64,000 nucleotides of DNA. Origin: Octopus vulgaris. Taxonomy: Eukaryota. The translations under genes were made by a program, and so were the position numbers. The stretch is taken from positions 141,484,001 through 141,548,000 of the forward strand of contig OX597817.1 in the NCBI GenBank assembly GCA_951406725.2, given 5' to 3'. The notes under the pieces are model-generated. The model saw only the letters and a list, made by a program, of their open reading frames with translations. It did not search any database and was not told the origin of the DNA. The stretch's first letter is position 1; each line of letters begins with the position of its first letter. Below are positions 26,131 to 40,175 of this stretch, piece by piece.

Positions 26131-26255
26131 ATTTTGTTGAATTTTCTGCTGCTTAAAATAAAGCATATTACTCTACCACTAGTATTTGAGTACTCTTTTT
26201 TCCACCTTGTTTCACATTTATGTGTTTACTCCGGTATATATATATATATATATAT

Positions 26256-26352
26256 ATAAACGTATCTACATGCCTACCTACCAACCAACCAACCAACCTA
26301 TCTAGTTTCCAATCTCTGTCTTCCTCACTCACTCCCTCTTTCTTTCTCTGTG

Positions 26353-26389
<37 letters not shown>

Positions 26390-26470
26390 GTATCTACATG
26401 CCTACCTACCAACCAACCTATCTAGTTTCCAATCTCTGTCTTCCTCACTCATTCCCTCTTTCTTTCTCTA
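26256..26470 (+). repeat. Local tandem duplication (~128-bp unit including a TA tract)
   Basis: AAACGTATCTACATGCCTACC...CCCTCTTTCTTTCTCT occurs twice. Confidence 0.85.
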
Positions 26471-28139
26471 TCCCCCTCTCTCTCTTCATCTATCTATATA
26501 ATGTCTGCCTGTCTGTCTCTGTCCGACTGACTGTCTATATATGTATTTGCTGACTCAAAAAAAGTTTCAATAAAATCGACATTGAATTGCTTTCCACATA
26601 AATCCTATTGATTGTTGTTGCCACCCAAGCATCAGAGAATACGTCCAAAATGAACGTCATTTCACTGCATTGCAATGGTTCTCGTGCAAAGGAGCCTCGC
26701 TTCCAAAATCCCACAATCATGACGCCCTCCATTTATCCTATCCATTCTCAATACTGTAACGGCCTCTCTTCTTCTCATACAGCTACATCCATTCACCCCC
26801 GCACACAGGTTCATCTCATCATTCTTTTTTCACTCTTGCATGAAACAATGCTGCACCTTTCATCCCCAAATTACGCTACCCATTTGTCTGTTGTGAGTGT
26901 TGCTATACCTCGTCTCTAAATGCAGCATTCGGTATCGGAACAGGTGTGGAAAAGCTCTGTTAGTGTTTTGGCCCCTTCCATCGTGACACCAGAGCTGCCT
27001 GGGAGCTATCCACCGATATAGGCGATGAAACTGTCGCATAAGAGCCCGAGTTTTATTGAGTCACATATTGAGACTCTGGGTGAGGCTTCTCTATCATCTT
27101 CAATGGTAATACTTGCTGCACCACTAGTCCTTTCTCTAGAGTCAGATGTAATCTTTTGCCTTCTCAGTGACTTCTTACAGTTTACTGGCGACATCTGTTC
27201 TCCCTTTCGCAGCTAGTCCTTGACTCTTGAACCATGAGCGTATCGTTGTTACAACAAATCATCAAACACCTCTCTCTCTACTGGAAACGATCTCCCGCTA
27301 TTGCTGTTGTTACAAGCAGATGCACAATGTGAATATGTTTCATGAATCTCTCCAAACAAGGAAAGGATTCGAAGACAATCAAAATTTACCCCCACCAAGG
27401 CTGAGTATCTGATAACACAAAGGTAGATTATTTGCTGTTTATAATTTTTGCTTTTTGTACTAGAAAAAATTATCTACCAAAAAATCGCCCGTTAAAAATC
27501 CAGAGATAAAGTTGTCTGTATTTCACAGTCACATAAAAAAAAAAATATTATATTTGCTCCAGTCATTAGACATTGGGCAGTTTAGGGCACCGCCTTGAGA
27601 AATCTCAGTCGAACGAATACATTATTTAATCTTTAAGGTTAGTACTTATTCTATCAGTTTCTTTTACTGAACCGCTATGTAACGGGGCATAAACACAACA
27701 GCAATGGTCCGAGGCTATAGTAGAAGACATCTGCCCAAAGTGCCACGCAATGAGACTAAACTTGGAACTATGTGGTTGGAAGCAAACTTTTAACCACACA
27801 GCCATATCTGCACCTACATCGGCTGTTAGAAATATATTCCATTTAGAAGAATAAATTGGAATTTCATTTTGACATTTAATAATGAATTTCAAACTTATTC
27901 TTCCGAAATTAATTTAAAAATTTGTCTTTTATACTGGACCTGAAAAGTTCGAATTCATTTTGGTTTTGAGTGCAAGCAGGGAAAAAAACACAAAGGAAAC
28001 CATGAAAGTGGTAAAAATATAAGAACCTCCAGATTTATCAAGATATCAACGATGGCAATGTATTAATAGAAATGAAATTGGCCAACTGTAGACGTATAGA
28101 AATAAACACACACACACACAAACACACACATACACACAC

Positions 28140-28189
<50 letters not shown>

Positions 28190-28353
28190 GTGTGTGTGTG
28201 TGTGTGTAGGTGTATATGTATATCATGTTATAGAGATGTGTATACATATACGTACATGCATATATATCCATACACACACATACAGACATTTATATATATA
28301 TACATATATATCCATACACACATACAGACGTTTATATATATATATATAAAAAA

Positions 28354-28426
<73 letters not shown>

Positions 28427-28525
28427 ATTGTGTGCGTGTGTAGTGTATGTGTACATATAGCTAGACATACATACACATACATATATACATGCATACATAC
28501 ATACATACATACATACATACATACA

Positions 28526-28559
<34 letters not shown>

Positions 28560-29435
28560 CATACATACATATGTGTGTTTGTATGGAAAAGAATACCAGC
28601 TGATTCTTCGAAGTAAATGGAAAATAAATATTGAAGGAAGCTATTCCATTTGACGATGCTGCCATACATGCGTAATTCCATGAAATAAGACTGCTCCGCT
28701 ATTGACGGCAAATTGAATTCTTCGTTAGAAGATGGCCTATCGCATTGGCACCGGGTATGGTAACTGGTGGGGGGATAAATAATGAATCTCTTAGATATCG
28801 ATTGAAGATTGATACCAATTCCCTAAGGTGAGCGGCTTTTCCTTTATCGATCATTTAGGTGAAGAACTGCAGAAGCTGATTAATGAGTTTTCGGTTCATA
28901 TAAGGCTAGGAATTATGGCTAAATGGAAGTACAATATACTGTTGTTTGTATGCTTTCTATACCATGCAGGATCCAGAAGGTTCGGAATAAAAAAAACGTA
29001 AACGTAAAATAGGTGTTATTAGACTCTAGTTACATTTGACTTGAATAAAAAAGCTATTTATAGAAGGTTTATTTACTTCTTTTCTCATTTGAATAAATTG
29101 GCATCAAGGAAGTGAAGTAACTAAAATCTCCACATTCTTTTAAAGGATGTTTTTGTGGTGTATGCGATTGCCGGTATCGAATTGAAATTTTCCAAAAATC
29201 TAAGAATTAATTATAAGTAGAAACATTTAGTATTTACGATAAAATACATTTGACTGATAAATTTCACGTGCTCTTATGTGAAGCCTAAACATACAAATAC
29301 ATATATACATACATATATGCACGAATACATATAATCATTCATAGATACATACAAATAATCTTTACTCTAGAGTACGGTTACTGAATGTCTCTCGTTGAGA
29401 GATTTACAAAGAGTAATGATATATATATATGTATG

Positions 29436-29502
<67 letters not shown>

Positions 29503-29587
29503 GTGTGTGTGTATATATATATGTGTATATATATATGTATATATATATATATATGTGTGTATATATATATATATATATGTGTATATA

Positions 29588-29656
<69 letters not shown>

Positions 29657-29821
29657 TAAGTAATTAAGGGTTTAGCAACGATTTGCCTCACCACACACCG
29701 AATTTAGAAATAGCAGTCAAAGAGTTATGGCTATTCTTTCTACTTAAAAGGGAGATCCCAGTAAAACCACAGCACTTAAAAGGCAAACAACGCAGGCAAA
29801 AGAGAAAGAAATGACGACAAT

Positions 29822-29891
<70 letters not shown>

Positions 29892-29893
<2 letters not shown>

Positions 29894-30341
29894 GGATAAG
29901 ATCGATATTTAAATACCAATATTATCAGGTGGCCAGCATGGGAATAAAAGCCTTCAAAGCTAATAATTATTATTAAAATTATAATTTAAGGTATTTTAAG
30001 AGATACCACTACGCTGGAAATAGCAGCCAAAACGTGACTCCAAAACCACATTAAATGTTAATACAGCACCAGGAGAGAAGACAAAGAGACAAAATAAACT
30101 AGCATAACAATTACTGAATAATTCCAGATCCCGGATTTCTGACTCTGCATAAGAAATGCTCTGCCTTCATCAGTGGAATATACTCAGATAGCACATAAAT
30201 GCAGATATATGAATACAATGACGAAATAAATATCTAAATTTATATAGAAAAGGATAAGATCGTTATTTGAATACCGATCTTATTAGGTGGCTAGCATGGA
30301 AATAAAAACCTTCAATGGTAATAATTATTATTAAAATTATA
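29892..30341 (-). mobile_element. Retrozyme-like element (family C): ~358-bp unit plus ~90-bp terminal redundancy
   Basis: AAGGATAAGATCG...TAATAATTATTATTAAAATTAT starts at both 29892 and 30250; internal hammerhead; microsatellites on both flanks. Confidence 0.8.
30121..30179 (-). ncRNA. Type-I hammerhead ribozyme
   Basis: AUUCCA-CUGAUGA-[GGC..GCAU/AUGC..GUC]-GAAA-UCC-g-GGA-UC-UGGAAU: 6-bp helix I, intact core, AUC cleavage triplet. Confidence 0.85.
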
Positions 30342-30612
30342 TGTGTGTATGTATGTATGTATGTATGTACGTACACACTCCGATGAAGTGTTAAGGTGAT
30401 ATTCAGGCACTCAGGCATGAGTTCACTACATCTGATATCAGAAACAGCTGCAAGCTAATGGAGTTTACATGATAAACATTTATTCCTTTGGCATCTCTCT
30501 TTCTTATCATCGCTCTACACTCAGCTAACGCTTGCATTCTGAAACCTACGTACGTTGAGAATTACACCGCGATATTTGTCTATTGGTCTCGCGATACCTA
30601 AGAGAATATATA

Positions 30613-30667
<55 letters not shown>

Positions 30668-31055
30668 TAATTTCTTTAGTCGACTTATCGGAATAGGGAG
30701 TAAAATCAAATTGTTTCATGTTAAGTACACATTCCTATAGGTTTCTTGTAAGATGTCTATTCATATTTTATTCATTCCAAAATATCCAGCAAATCGATAC
30801 ACTACCATTATTTTGCTGTTCAAATACAAATGTGGTTCCGATATTAAATGTTTAGTTCTTGCATTGGTTTAAAGCAAAATTTCGAGGTGACAACATATAT
30901 AATTGACTCGATATTACTCGGTGTTTTCAGAGTCCTTACGTACTCCCAACAGAAGAACAGCTTTAACAATTCTGTACTGAGTCTGAACTCTGGTTTAAAG
31001 TGATCACATTAATATTGAAAAGTGTTTTTACGCACACACACACCCACATCAACAC

Positions 31056-31122
<67 letters not shown>

Positions 31123-31632
31123 CTCACACACACATGATTTTCTAAGAAGGACCAAACCAAAAAAACTAACGCGCATCTTCCAAATATAATATATTAGCGG
31201 CGCCGTGAAATCGTGTAAGACTTTTGCCGAAGTTTGTCCATATTAGATTCGTTAAAGGAATATATAGACACGCTTGGGTGCAAGTACAAAAACACATATA
31301 TAGAATCTAATGATGCATAGAAATGTATGCCAATGTATGACACACCTAAATACTAACGTGACAACTTCACACAGACAATAAGTGCAGGTACAATCACATC
31401 GAAACATACAAACAGTAACTTATGCCACTGATTTACAAACCCCGAGATCTGTCTTAAATCGTTTTGATAGCTTATTAGACACTGGTTTGAACTTCATTAA
31501 GAACTTAAATGAATGAGAGTCCTGGGTTAGAAAATTAAGTTTCGAGGTCAGGACATTTATGATGATTGACTGTGAAGTATATTATACAACAGTTAAGTAT
31601 TTTGCGTAGTAAATGTAATTTGTGCAATAGTA

Positions 31633-31873
31633 TACAGCAATTCTTCGCCATATCGTGGTTAACCTATCGCGGTTCATCTATCACGGATTATCATTTAAGA
31701 TTACGTCGAGTCTACAGTGATGTTGTTTTGCATTTATAATAAAATAAATATATACAAATTATAAAAATAATTTTAAAGTATATACAGTACAGTACTGTTT
31801 GTACTTCGCGGATTTCCACCTATCGCGGGGAGTTTGGGAATGTAACACCCGCGATACTCGAGGGATTACTGTA
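31633..31873. mobile_element. Tigger/pogo-like MITE
   Basis: TA-CAGCAATTCTTCG...CGAGGGATTACTG-TA imperfect terminal inverted repeats, ~240 bp. Confidence 0.7.
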
Positions 31874-34796
31874 TATTGTTGATATTGTTTTCAGCTGGAT
31901 TAAGGCAGCGAGCTGGGCAGAATCGTTAGCGAGTCGGGAAAAGTGCTTCGCAGCATTTCGTCTGTCTTTACGTTCTGAATTCAAATACTACCGAGGTCGA
32001 CTTTGCCTGTCATCATTTCGCGGTGGATAAAACAAGTACTAGTAATGCATTGGTGTTTATGTAAATGATTCATCCCATGAGCCTTAATTGCTGGCCTTGT
32101 GTCAAAATTTGAAACCGATATCGTTCAGCTGGATATGGTGGTGCAACGTTTACGTAAAACTCAGTTTTTGAAAATACAATTGAATGACACGTATCACCAA
32201 TTTAGCAATGCACACTGTTTAGGCTCATAGAATCCACATGGATATATAAACACCATAATAATTATTAATATTCAACTCACAACGAATTTGTGTGTGTATA
32301 CAATTCTTAGCTTCCGGCTTCTATACGCGCATATTCAGGTATATGCGTTTTAAACACTTTACTGTATTTCACAGGTAAATATCTTCTCTTGTTTTCATAC
32401 ATGAAATCTATAAAGATATTAATATGTACCTTTTATCCTACATGGCAGAAATAACAAACACTCCTTGTTTTCCACGTGATTCTTGTTTACACACATGTTA
32501 GACTTTAATATCAAGGAGAGAATTTTGACCAATAAGAACACAAAGCAGAAAATAAGTTTCAATATAAATATTTATGTATCGATAAATAGCAACCCATCTG
32601 AATTTCGTGAAATCTCTCTGCAAAACACTCCAAGCTCTCGTCTACAAAGGTGTTGTTTCCTCGTTAAATCTCTTCCACTGCTGTTAGTCACTGTCATTCT
32701 TTAGGTTGGTGAAACATGTTTGCCCCAATGTTAAATAAAGAAATCCATCTAAATTACCTGATTCTCTCTGCTGTTATCGAAAGAGAAACGTTCAGCGTCT
32801 GACAAGTCGCATTCTAATTACTTCAAAATATTTTGTTTAGCTCCTATTTTACAGAATGTCATTATTTTTCTCATTTTACATATCTAATATTAATACGGAA
32901 GATATGGGTCCTATCGAGTCTTATATTCCCTACCATTCTATGCAGGTGTAAAGAAAACATTATAACTTTGCACGAAAGCAGCCCTGTTTTTATGGATGCA
33001 TTCATTTGAGAATGAAACTGGTCTCATTTCAATTCTACTTCGGCCATTTTTCTTGATCCGTTTTTCCTCCTTTCACCACCCATATTATTCTAATGCTCCA
33101 GATTCTACATTATTCGTTTCTTCTATTCTCCATATCGCAATCCCACCATTCCATGTCTATCTGTGGCCATCGGCTTGTATCTGGCTTGACATGCAAAGAA
33201 TAAAGACACAGACCATTCTTTTAAATGAAAGCATTAAAAAACAATGTTCTGTAATCCCTAAATACCGAGCACTTGAGGTTAGTTGAAAAGAAACAAAAGC
33301 CACATGTATTTATTGGAATCACAACATATTAACTTGTAATTGTTTTTAACTGTGTATTCATAGAGAGCTGGAAAAGAATATTACAGCAATCTAGTCAACT
33401 GCATATCTATAGTATTACTGCTCACACATATTTGTTTGGTTTGTATCCAAAGAGAATGTTTGAAAGGCTAAGGAAAGGCATCCTCATTATTATAATCATG
33501 AAATGGTGTAGATTTACTTTGGTTGCAAAAATACATTTTAAGCAAAACTTTTATTAACCCTCAAATATTTATATTTTCGTATTTCCTCCATGTAAACTCA
33601 ATTTACACAAATTTCATCATTTACTTCATAATTATTATTATAACAGTTAAAACTTAATTTATTACCACCTCATATTTCGTAAACATTAAAAGACAACTGT
33701 GCAGCATTCATGTTTTACAAGGATCTAAAGATTTCTGGAATAATTTATGAGAATATACGGTCCAGCTACTTAATGTAAACAAGATATAGAAAGGGATTAA
33801 ACACATAAAAATCTTTGCAAATCTGCTAATATTTATTTTATTGGACACAATATTAAATCGAAATTTTTAAACGTGTCTATGATTGGCAATACTACACATT
33901 ATCAGACTGGATTGTGAAGCGCCATTTTGAAAGACTAATTTAAGTTTCCTTCTGTGATATAGGCAGGATTACATCTCAGGCAGCATTCTATAGGCGTGAA
34001 GCTGTAGAAGAATAATCAAATCTTATTGCTAAAATGGTGTGGAAGAATCCTTTAGTAACTCCATCAAGGCATTCATTTCTATCATCAAATAGGGTTCTTG
34101 CATTGAAATCCCGTCCATAACACCCACTAACTAATCAATCAGATGAAAGCGAATTTATATGTTTTCTTGTCATCATGTTAACCGTTGTCTAAGATAAGCT
34201 CCTGTAAGAGAACGTTACCATAGCAACGATGAATAAGAAGTTTGTATAATCTCTTCCATTTCCTTTGATCCGACTTTATCATAAAGCGATTATTTCTCTG
34301 TACTGAAATTACGCAAAGCAACCCATCTAAATAATCGAATTTGTACATGGATATTGTGATCATATCGTACTGTAACCTACTTTATATACACTGGGCAGAA
34401 TTATCTTTACCATCAAGTGCAACACAGATTTATTTCAGTCCAACTGAAATAAGTAATTATTTCTTAAACATTAAGTGAGTTATCCCCGGAAGAAAAACAG
34501 AGGTACTCTAGTACATTTTTAAATATAATGTCACCAGAACTTAGTTATTTCGTGCCACTTATTTCTGGAAGATATGTCAATAAAAATAGGAATCCTGAAA
34601 TGAAAGCATCCATAAAAAAAGACTACTGCTCTTCGTGGAAGATAATAATGTTTTCTTTAGGCTTGCATTATATTGTAAGGAGCATTCAACTCTATGGCAT
34701 TCACACCATTCGTATGAATATCTAAAGTGGAAATTGAGATAAATAATCACATTATTATAACATAGAAACTAAACGGAATATTTTCATGTGATTTTC

Positions 34797-35251
34797 AGCG
34801 TAACAGAATGTTTATTGACTATAGTTTTATTTCTAAATCATTACGTCATAACATTGTAGTTTGTATTCGTTACGTTTCGATGTATTTGCACTTTTTTGAT
34901 GAGCGCAAGCATCAAATGTTTCTATCAAAATAGATACTGGAGTGGCATATTGTCGCTCCCTAACAAGCAATCTTACTAAGATTTTAAACAAACATATCCA
35001 AATTCTCTTAGTCTCTCAGTTGTTATCAGAAGTTGGAATAAGGGAATTTGGATAAATTTATTTAAAATCACAGTAAGAATGCCTGTTAAAAAGCGACTAG
35101 GTGCGACGCCAATATCTAGTTTCATAGATGATTTTGGTGTTTACATTCATCAAAAAAGTGCAAATACATCGAAACGTAATGAGTACAAGTTACAACGTTA
35201 TGATCTTCTGATCCAGGAATAAAAATATGGTGATTAAACGTTCTGCTACGA
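34797..35251. repeat. Long imperfect foldback (arms ~210 bp, loop ~28 bp)
   Basis: TTACGTTTCGATGTATTTGCACTTTTTTGATGA at ~34870 is mirrored by TCATCAAAAAAGTGCAAATACATCGAAACGTAA at ~35146; pairing continues inward and outward. Confidence 0.85.
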
Positions 35252-35299
35252 TATAGATATGATGTTGCTATGCTGCTAAAACCATATATAACGAGAAGT

Positions 35300-35464
35300 A
35301 AGTAATTACATATATATAATTATCAAAATTACAAATAAAGGCATCTACGAGATACCACCATGCTGAAAATAGCAGCCATGATCTGACTCTAAAACCAGCT
35401 TAAGTGTCCATATAGCAACACAGAGAGAATACAAAGAGACAAGATGAATCTAGTAAAAATTACT

Positions 35465-35516
<52 letters not shown>

Positions 35517-35601
35517 AATATTAGGGAATAAATCCAAACTTACAGGGAAAATTCTTTTACTAGATATATATATATATATATTTAAATTAACGATCTTATC
35601 G

Positions 35602-35674
<73 letters not shown>

Positions 35675-36095
35675 TTAAATTAACGATCTTACCCTTATTT
35701 ATATGAATTTATATTTATTTCCTTACTATATTTACTGCGACGATATTTTGACCATATCTCACATGGAATGAAACGGCGGGCATTTTGAACTGGCCATGAT
35801 GCATACGTGCATATATATGTTGGTATACGTTCGTATATGTAAGTATTCGTATGTTGTATTTATATATATATGTATTTATGCTTATCTTCTGTGTGTATTC
35901 TACTGACGAGGCAAAGCATTCATAAATGCAAAGCCAAAAATTCGGATCTAGAATTATCCAGTAATTTTTTTCTAGTTTCATCTTGTCTCTTTGTGTTTTC
36001 TCTTCGTGTTGATATATGAACAATTTAGGTGGTTTTAAAGTCAGATCATGGCTGATATTTTCAGCATGGCGGTATCTCGTAGATACCCTAATTTA

Positions 36096-36100
<5 letters not shown>
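35300..36100. mobile_element. Family C copy (35665-36100, +) with an inverted partial copy (35315-35470, -)
   Basis: Homologous to 29892-30260 (GAGATACCAC..GCTG.AAATAGCAGCCA); 35340-35470 is a reverse complement of ~35955-36090. Confidence 0.8.
35897..35954 (+). ncRNA. Hammerhead ribozyme, family C, G12 mutated
   Basis: AUUCUA-CUGACGA-GGC..GCAUU/AAUGC..GCC-a-AAAA-UUCGGA-UC-UAGAAU. Confidence 0.7.
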
Positions 36101-36137
<37 letters not shown>

Positions 36138-36454
36138 CACCTTGTTTTGTATGCAAATGTATGTATATATATCTATATACAATGTATACACTCGCACACA
36201 CGTGCATTTGCGAACGGCGTGTGTGTGAGTGTGCATCGTTGTGTTTATGCGGTTTTATGTTTCTGTCTCTTCATGAGGCTTGGCACGAGTTGATGGTTTG
36301 TTTATACGCCTGATCCATATCCTTGTTTTTGGACTAGCGGTTAAAAACTACTTAAGTTCCATGACTGATACAATAGACTAAATGCTTAAAAGCTGTACTT
36401 CAGCTTCACCTTGGCCCTAAGACGAAAACAACTAACCAAAACATCTACAAATAT

Positions 36455-36587
36455 ATTCAGGATGCCTCAAAATGATGGGACACATTCTATTTATAATTTA
36501 TAAGACGGTGGGTAGTCTCCCGTAATTGTGCCTGTCCTAGATATTTAGGTTTTGAAACGTTCCCGATGATTGTGAGATATCCTGTAT
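36455..36587. mobile_element. Small decayed Tc1/mariner-type MITE
   Basis: CAGGATGCCTCAAAATGATGGGA versus TCCCGATGATTGTGAGATATCCTG-TA as imperfect inverted ends. Confidence 0.35.
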
Positions 36588-39500
36588 TTACAGTAAACGA
36601 AATAAAGCATTTGAATTTCCGATATAAATTCCTTTCTCTAACGTTTGCACTTCTACTACGAATGTAATAGACGATAGTAATCGATCTTATTTATCAGAAA
36701 TAACGATCGGAGCAATGGTGATGTAATTATTTTTAGTGCAAAATGGAAAATGAAATTGCCTTGCCTGTAAATTTTGTTCTCGTGCCACAGAATAGAGACG
36801 CTATTGATCACAGGTATAAATATAATGTCCGACTAAATACATAATAAAGATAAACACTGTGGAGCGATTAATGCATATTTTCAATATATATTGCACTGCA
36901 TACGACCCGAATGTGTACTCAGATTAATTTGGTAAAACTATTGCTATGGAAATCAATACTTGAATATATTGTGTCTCATGTGAGTAACTACCAGTCATTG
37001 ACTTAACAAAGAAAGACCCAAATAAATGTGATTAATCGATTTCGATATTCACTTATTTGATGCAAATTAATTCACATTAGCATAATACTTGAATAAGGCA
37101 TTTTTACACCGTCGTTCTTTCATTTAATAAGAATTCCTATAAAACATCCGAATCTATCGATATATTTTCGACAAGTGACGTAACATTTAAAAGTATTCTA
37201 TATCAATCTGTGGCATGATCCGTTGCAATCTATGAAGGCAATGCTTCAGAGATTATTTATATGATAGGAAATCTGTATATTATGAGAAGTCGATATATTA
37301 TACAAAATTCTATCAAGGCTTTCTCTACACCAAGAAAAACATAATCCCTACTTTAAAAGCCTGGGAAGATACATGTGTATAAATCTGTATAAGCATATGT
37401 ACACTCGTGCATAAAATATTGTTTTGTTTTTCTTTTAGAGTCGTATGAAAAATATTTATTGCTATTGGTGGTGGTGTTTCTATTTTTCCATTACATGTGT
37501 AAGTGAAAAATATATCAGCAGGAACATTTCTGAATAATAAAAAGATTTATTGGTTTGCGGAATCTGAATTATAGATTTGTATTCATAACTATAATTTTGA
37601 ATTACGCAATTATCGAATATCTTTGCAGTATCTTATTAAGATAAAAAGTGCAAGAGCCCTATTTCTGCAAATAAAATGTTTAGCAGATATGATATGTTCT
37701 ATGTGAATATTGATTTCTGGTCTTGGAAGCACATCACCAATATGGAGGAAGGGTATAGTGTATTATAGCCATCTGTAAAAGCCTGGTACTTTATTTTATC
37801 AACCTAGAAAGGTTGAAATTGAAAAGTGAAGTAGGCATGGTATCAAAATATTATACGGTGATAATGCATAATAATTAAAGAAAGAGTAACTAGAAATTCC
37901 TTATTCTTTGCTGTAGACACTATAAGAAATTACTCCTCTCCCGATGTAAGACATTGTTGAATCCCTATTATACTGAAAGATAATGAATTCTTTCAAATAT
38001 ATATTAATATTAAAAATACGTGATCACCCTTAAGCGAGTAAGAACCGGTAGCATGTGTGATGCTTTCGATAATAAATTTAGGTACTTATGAAGATACGAA
38101 AAGGCATAGAAAATCCATTGGGCTTCCAACTACCCTCTCTGACAGAAAATCAAGGAGTTAATAATTGGAGCACTATCAATTATTCGCATAGTAAACTGCG
38201 GCAAACTAAAATGAACGCGTTTCTCATGGAAACATCGGGACATCTACAACACATTACTGATTTAAAATTTTGACACAATGCCAGTAATTTTCTGGGAGTG
38301 GATAAGTCGATTACATGCACCCCAGTATTCAGATGGTACTTATGTTATTGATCTCGAAGAGATGAAAGGGAAAGTCAACCTTGGCGGTATTTTAACATAA
38401 AACGTAAAGTCAGAAGAAATGCCACTAAGCATTTTTTCCGGTGTGGTATCGTTTCTGCCAGCTCGCCGTCTCCATTGCCCAACTATTAAAAGCGCTTTAA
38501 ATGTAGGTGGGTCCTATCATACATCAATTTTCTTAGTAACAACTAAAACGGATTGTCATTAGACAGTCACAAAAAAGATATTCTGGAATAGGTTGTGGAG
38601 AAGCGACAAAAAGTAATACTGTTCCCGTAGGTATGGATTTATAACATAATGTTATTCATGAATTCTTTTTACCCGTTTATCTAGCTTCACACTCGTATAG
38701 TGTAGTATACATTATATGTGCAAATGGAAAACTATTTGTGTAGCCGTTTCGACTAAATATTAATCGGTTTAGAGCAGCTAACTGAAATTTTCAAATACAC
38801 AGCGCAACATCAGTCACGACCAGTTACAGTCTTAAGCTGATTATTACGTTACATAGGTCTCAGACGTATAGCTTCGAGTAAAGGGAGTGTCAAACTACAA
38901 AAAGCTCAAATAAATTTAAGTACGTACTCGGGTGTCTTGAGTCCCAGGACTGAAAGGGCTGGAGCTTAATCTGATTTTCATGAAGTAAAAGTGACAGAGA
39001 TGACAACACTCTCCCCGAAAGGAACACTAGTACGTCGCGGGATTAAGTTGCCGTCTGTTACTGGATCACAGTTACAGCTCAATAGAGTGCAAATGAAATG
39101 CTTTCATAAAGAACACACGATGTGAAATGTTTTGTTCCAGGACTCAGCGCGCCGTCCAGAGCGGGAATCGAAACAGCGATGCTTTAATCATGATTGTCAC
39201 ACTTCTAAACGGTAGGCTATCGCGCCTTCACAAAGAATGAAAGTAAGAAGAATTAATGTTTGCTGTCTTTCGCAAATTAAGCTCGAATTTGGAAATTGAT
39301 TGTTTTATCGATTACTTGAGAATATTAGCTATATCAATTATTTAGGTTAGATTGCTTAGTTTCACGTTTTTCAAACTGTATGGAATTCAGTAATGAATTC
39401 TACGATTATCATATGATAGCGACAAAACATCTCACTGCATTTGTGTTGCGTTTTGGTTATATGCTACTAAAATAATAAAATGTGAATATAATATAGTAAT

Positions 39501-39603
39501 TTGTTCTGACGATTTCATTTTAGTTCAAGAAAAGAAAATCATAAGGAATGATATTTATTTTTTCAGAGCCACAACTGAAAATGATACGTCGTAAACGTCA
39601 ATA

Positions 39604-39620
39604 ATGGAAATGATGATGAT

Positions 39621-39703
<83 letters not shown>

Positions 39704-39792
39704 TGATGATGATGATGATGATGATGATGATAGTAATAAAAATAATAGTAGTAGTAGTAATAATAATAGTAATAATGATGCTGCTGATTATG

Positions 39793-39847
<55 letters not shown>

Positions 39848-39864
39848 TGATGATGATGATGATC

Positions 39865-39919
<55 letters not shown>

Positions 39920-39948
39920 TGATGATGATGATGATAATAATAATAATG

Positions 39949-39991
<43 letters not shown>

Positions 39992-40008
39992 TGATGATGA
40001 TGATGATG

Positions 40009-40063
<55 letters not shown>

Positions 40064-40109
40064 TGATGATGATGATGATAATAATAATAATGATAATAAT
40101 AATAATAAT

Positions 40110-40167
<58 letters not shown>

Positions 40168-40175
40168 TTAATAAT
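39604..40175. repeat. Compound (AAT)n/(GAT)n microsatellite
   Basis: Directly visible, ~570 bp. Confidence 0.97.

Larger units (their letters stand above)
22728..26235 (+). mobile_element. Near full-length Penelope-like retroelement (RT + C-terminal GIY-YIG; possibly Naiad-type) between (TA)n tracts
   Basis: RT motifs FDIIGFYPSI, VPMGAYDGAELC, GLYRDDGL, DFLDV; linker CNCKNESSCLLEGKC; endonuclease VVYRAKV...YTGASENSFKARFYSH...CKLC..EK...LNQRSELMNLCRH; hammerhead near the 3' end. The outer boundaries and the clade are inferred. Confidence 0.88.

Noticed and set aside
26600-27345. GC-richer block, possibly an ancient RTE or Gypsy coding relic
   Set aside because: Motif resemblance is too weak and ambiguous to assign.
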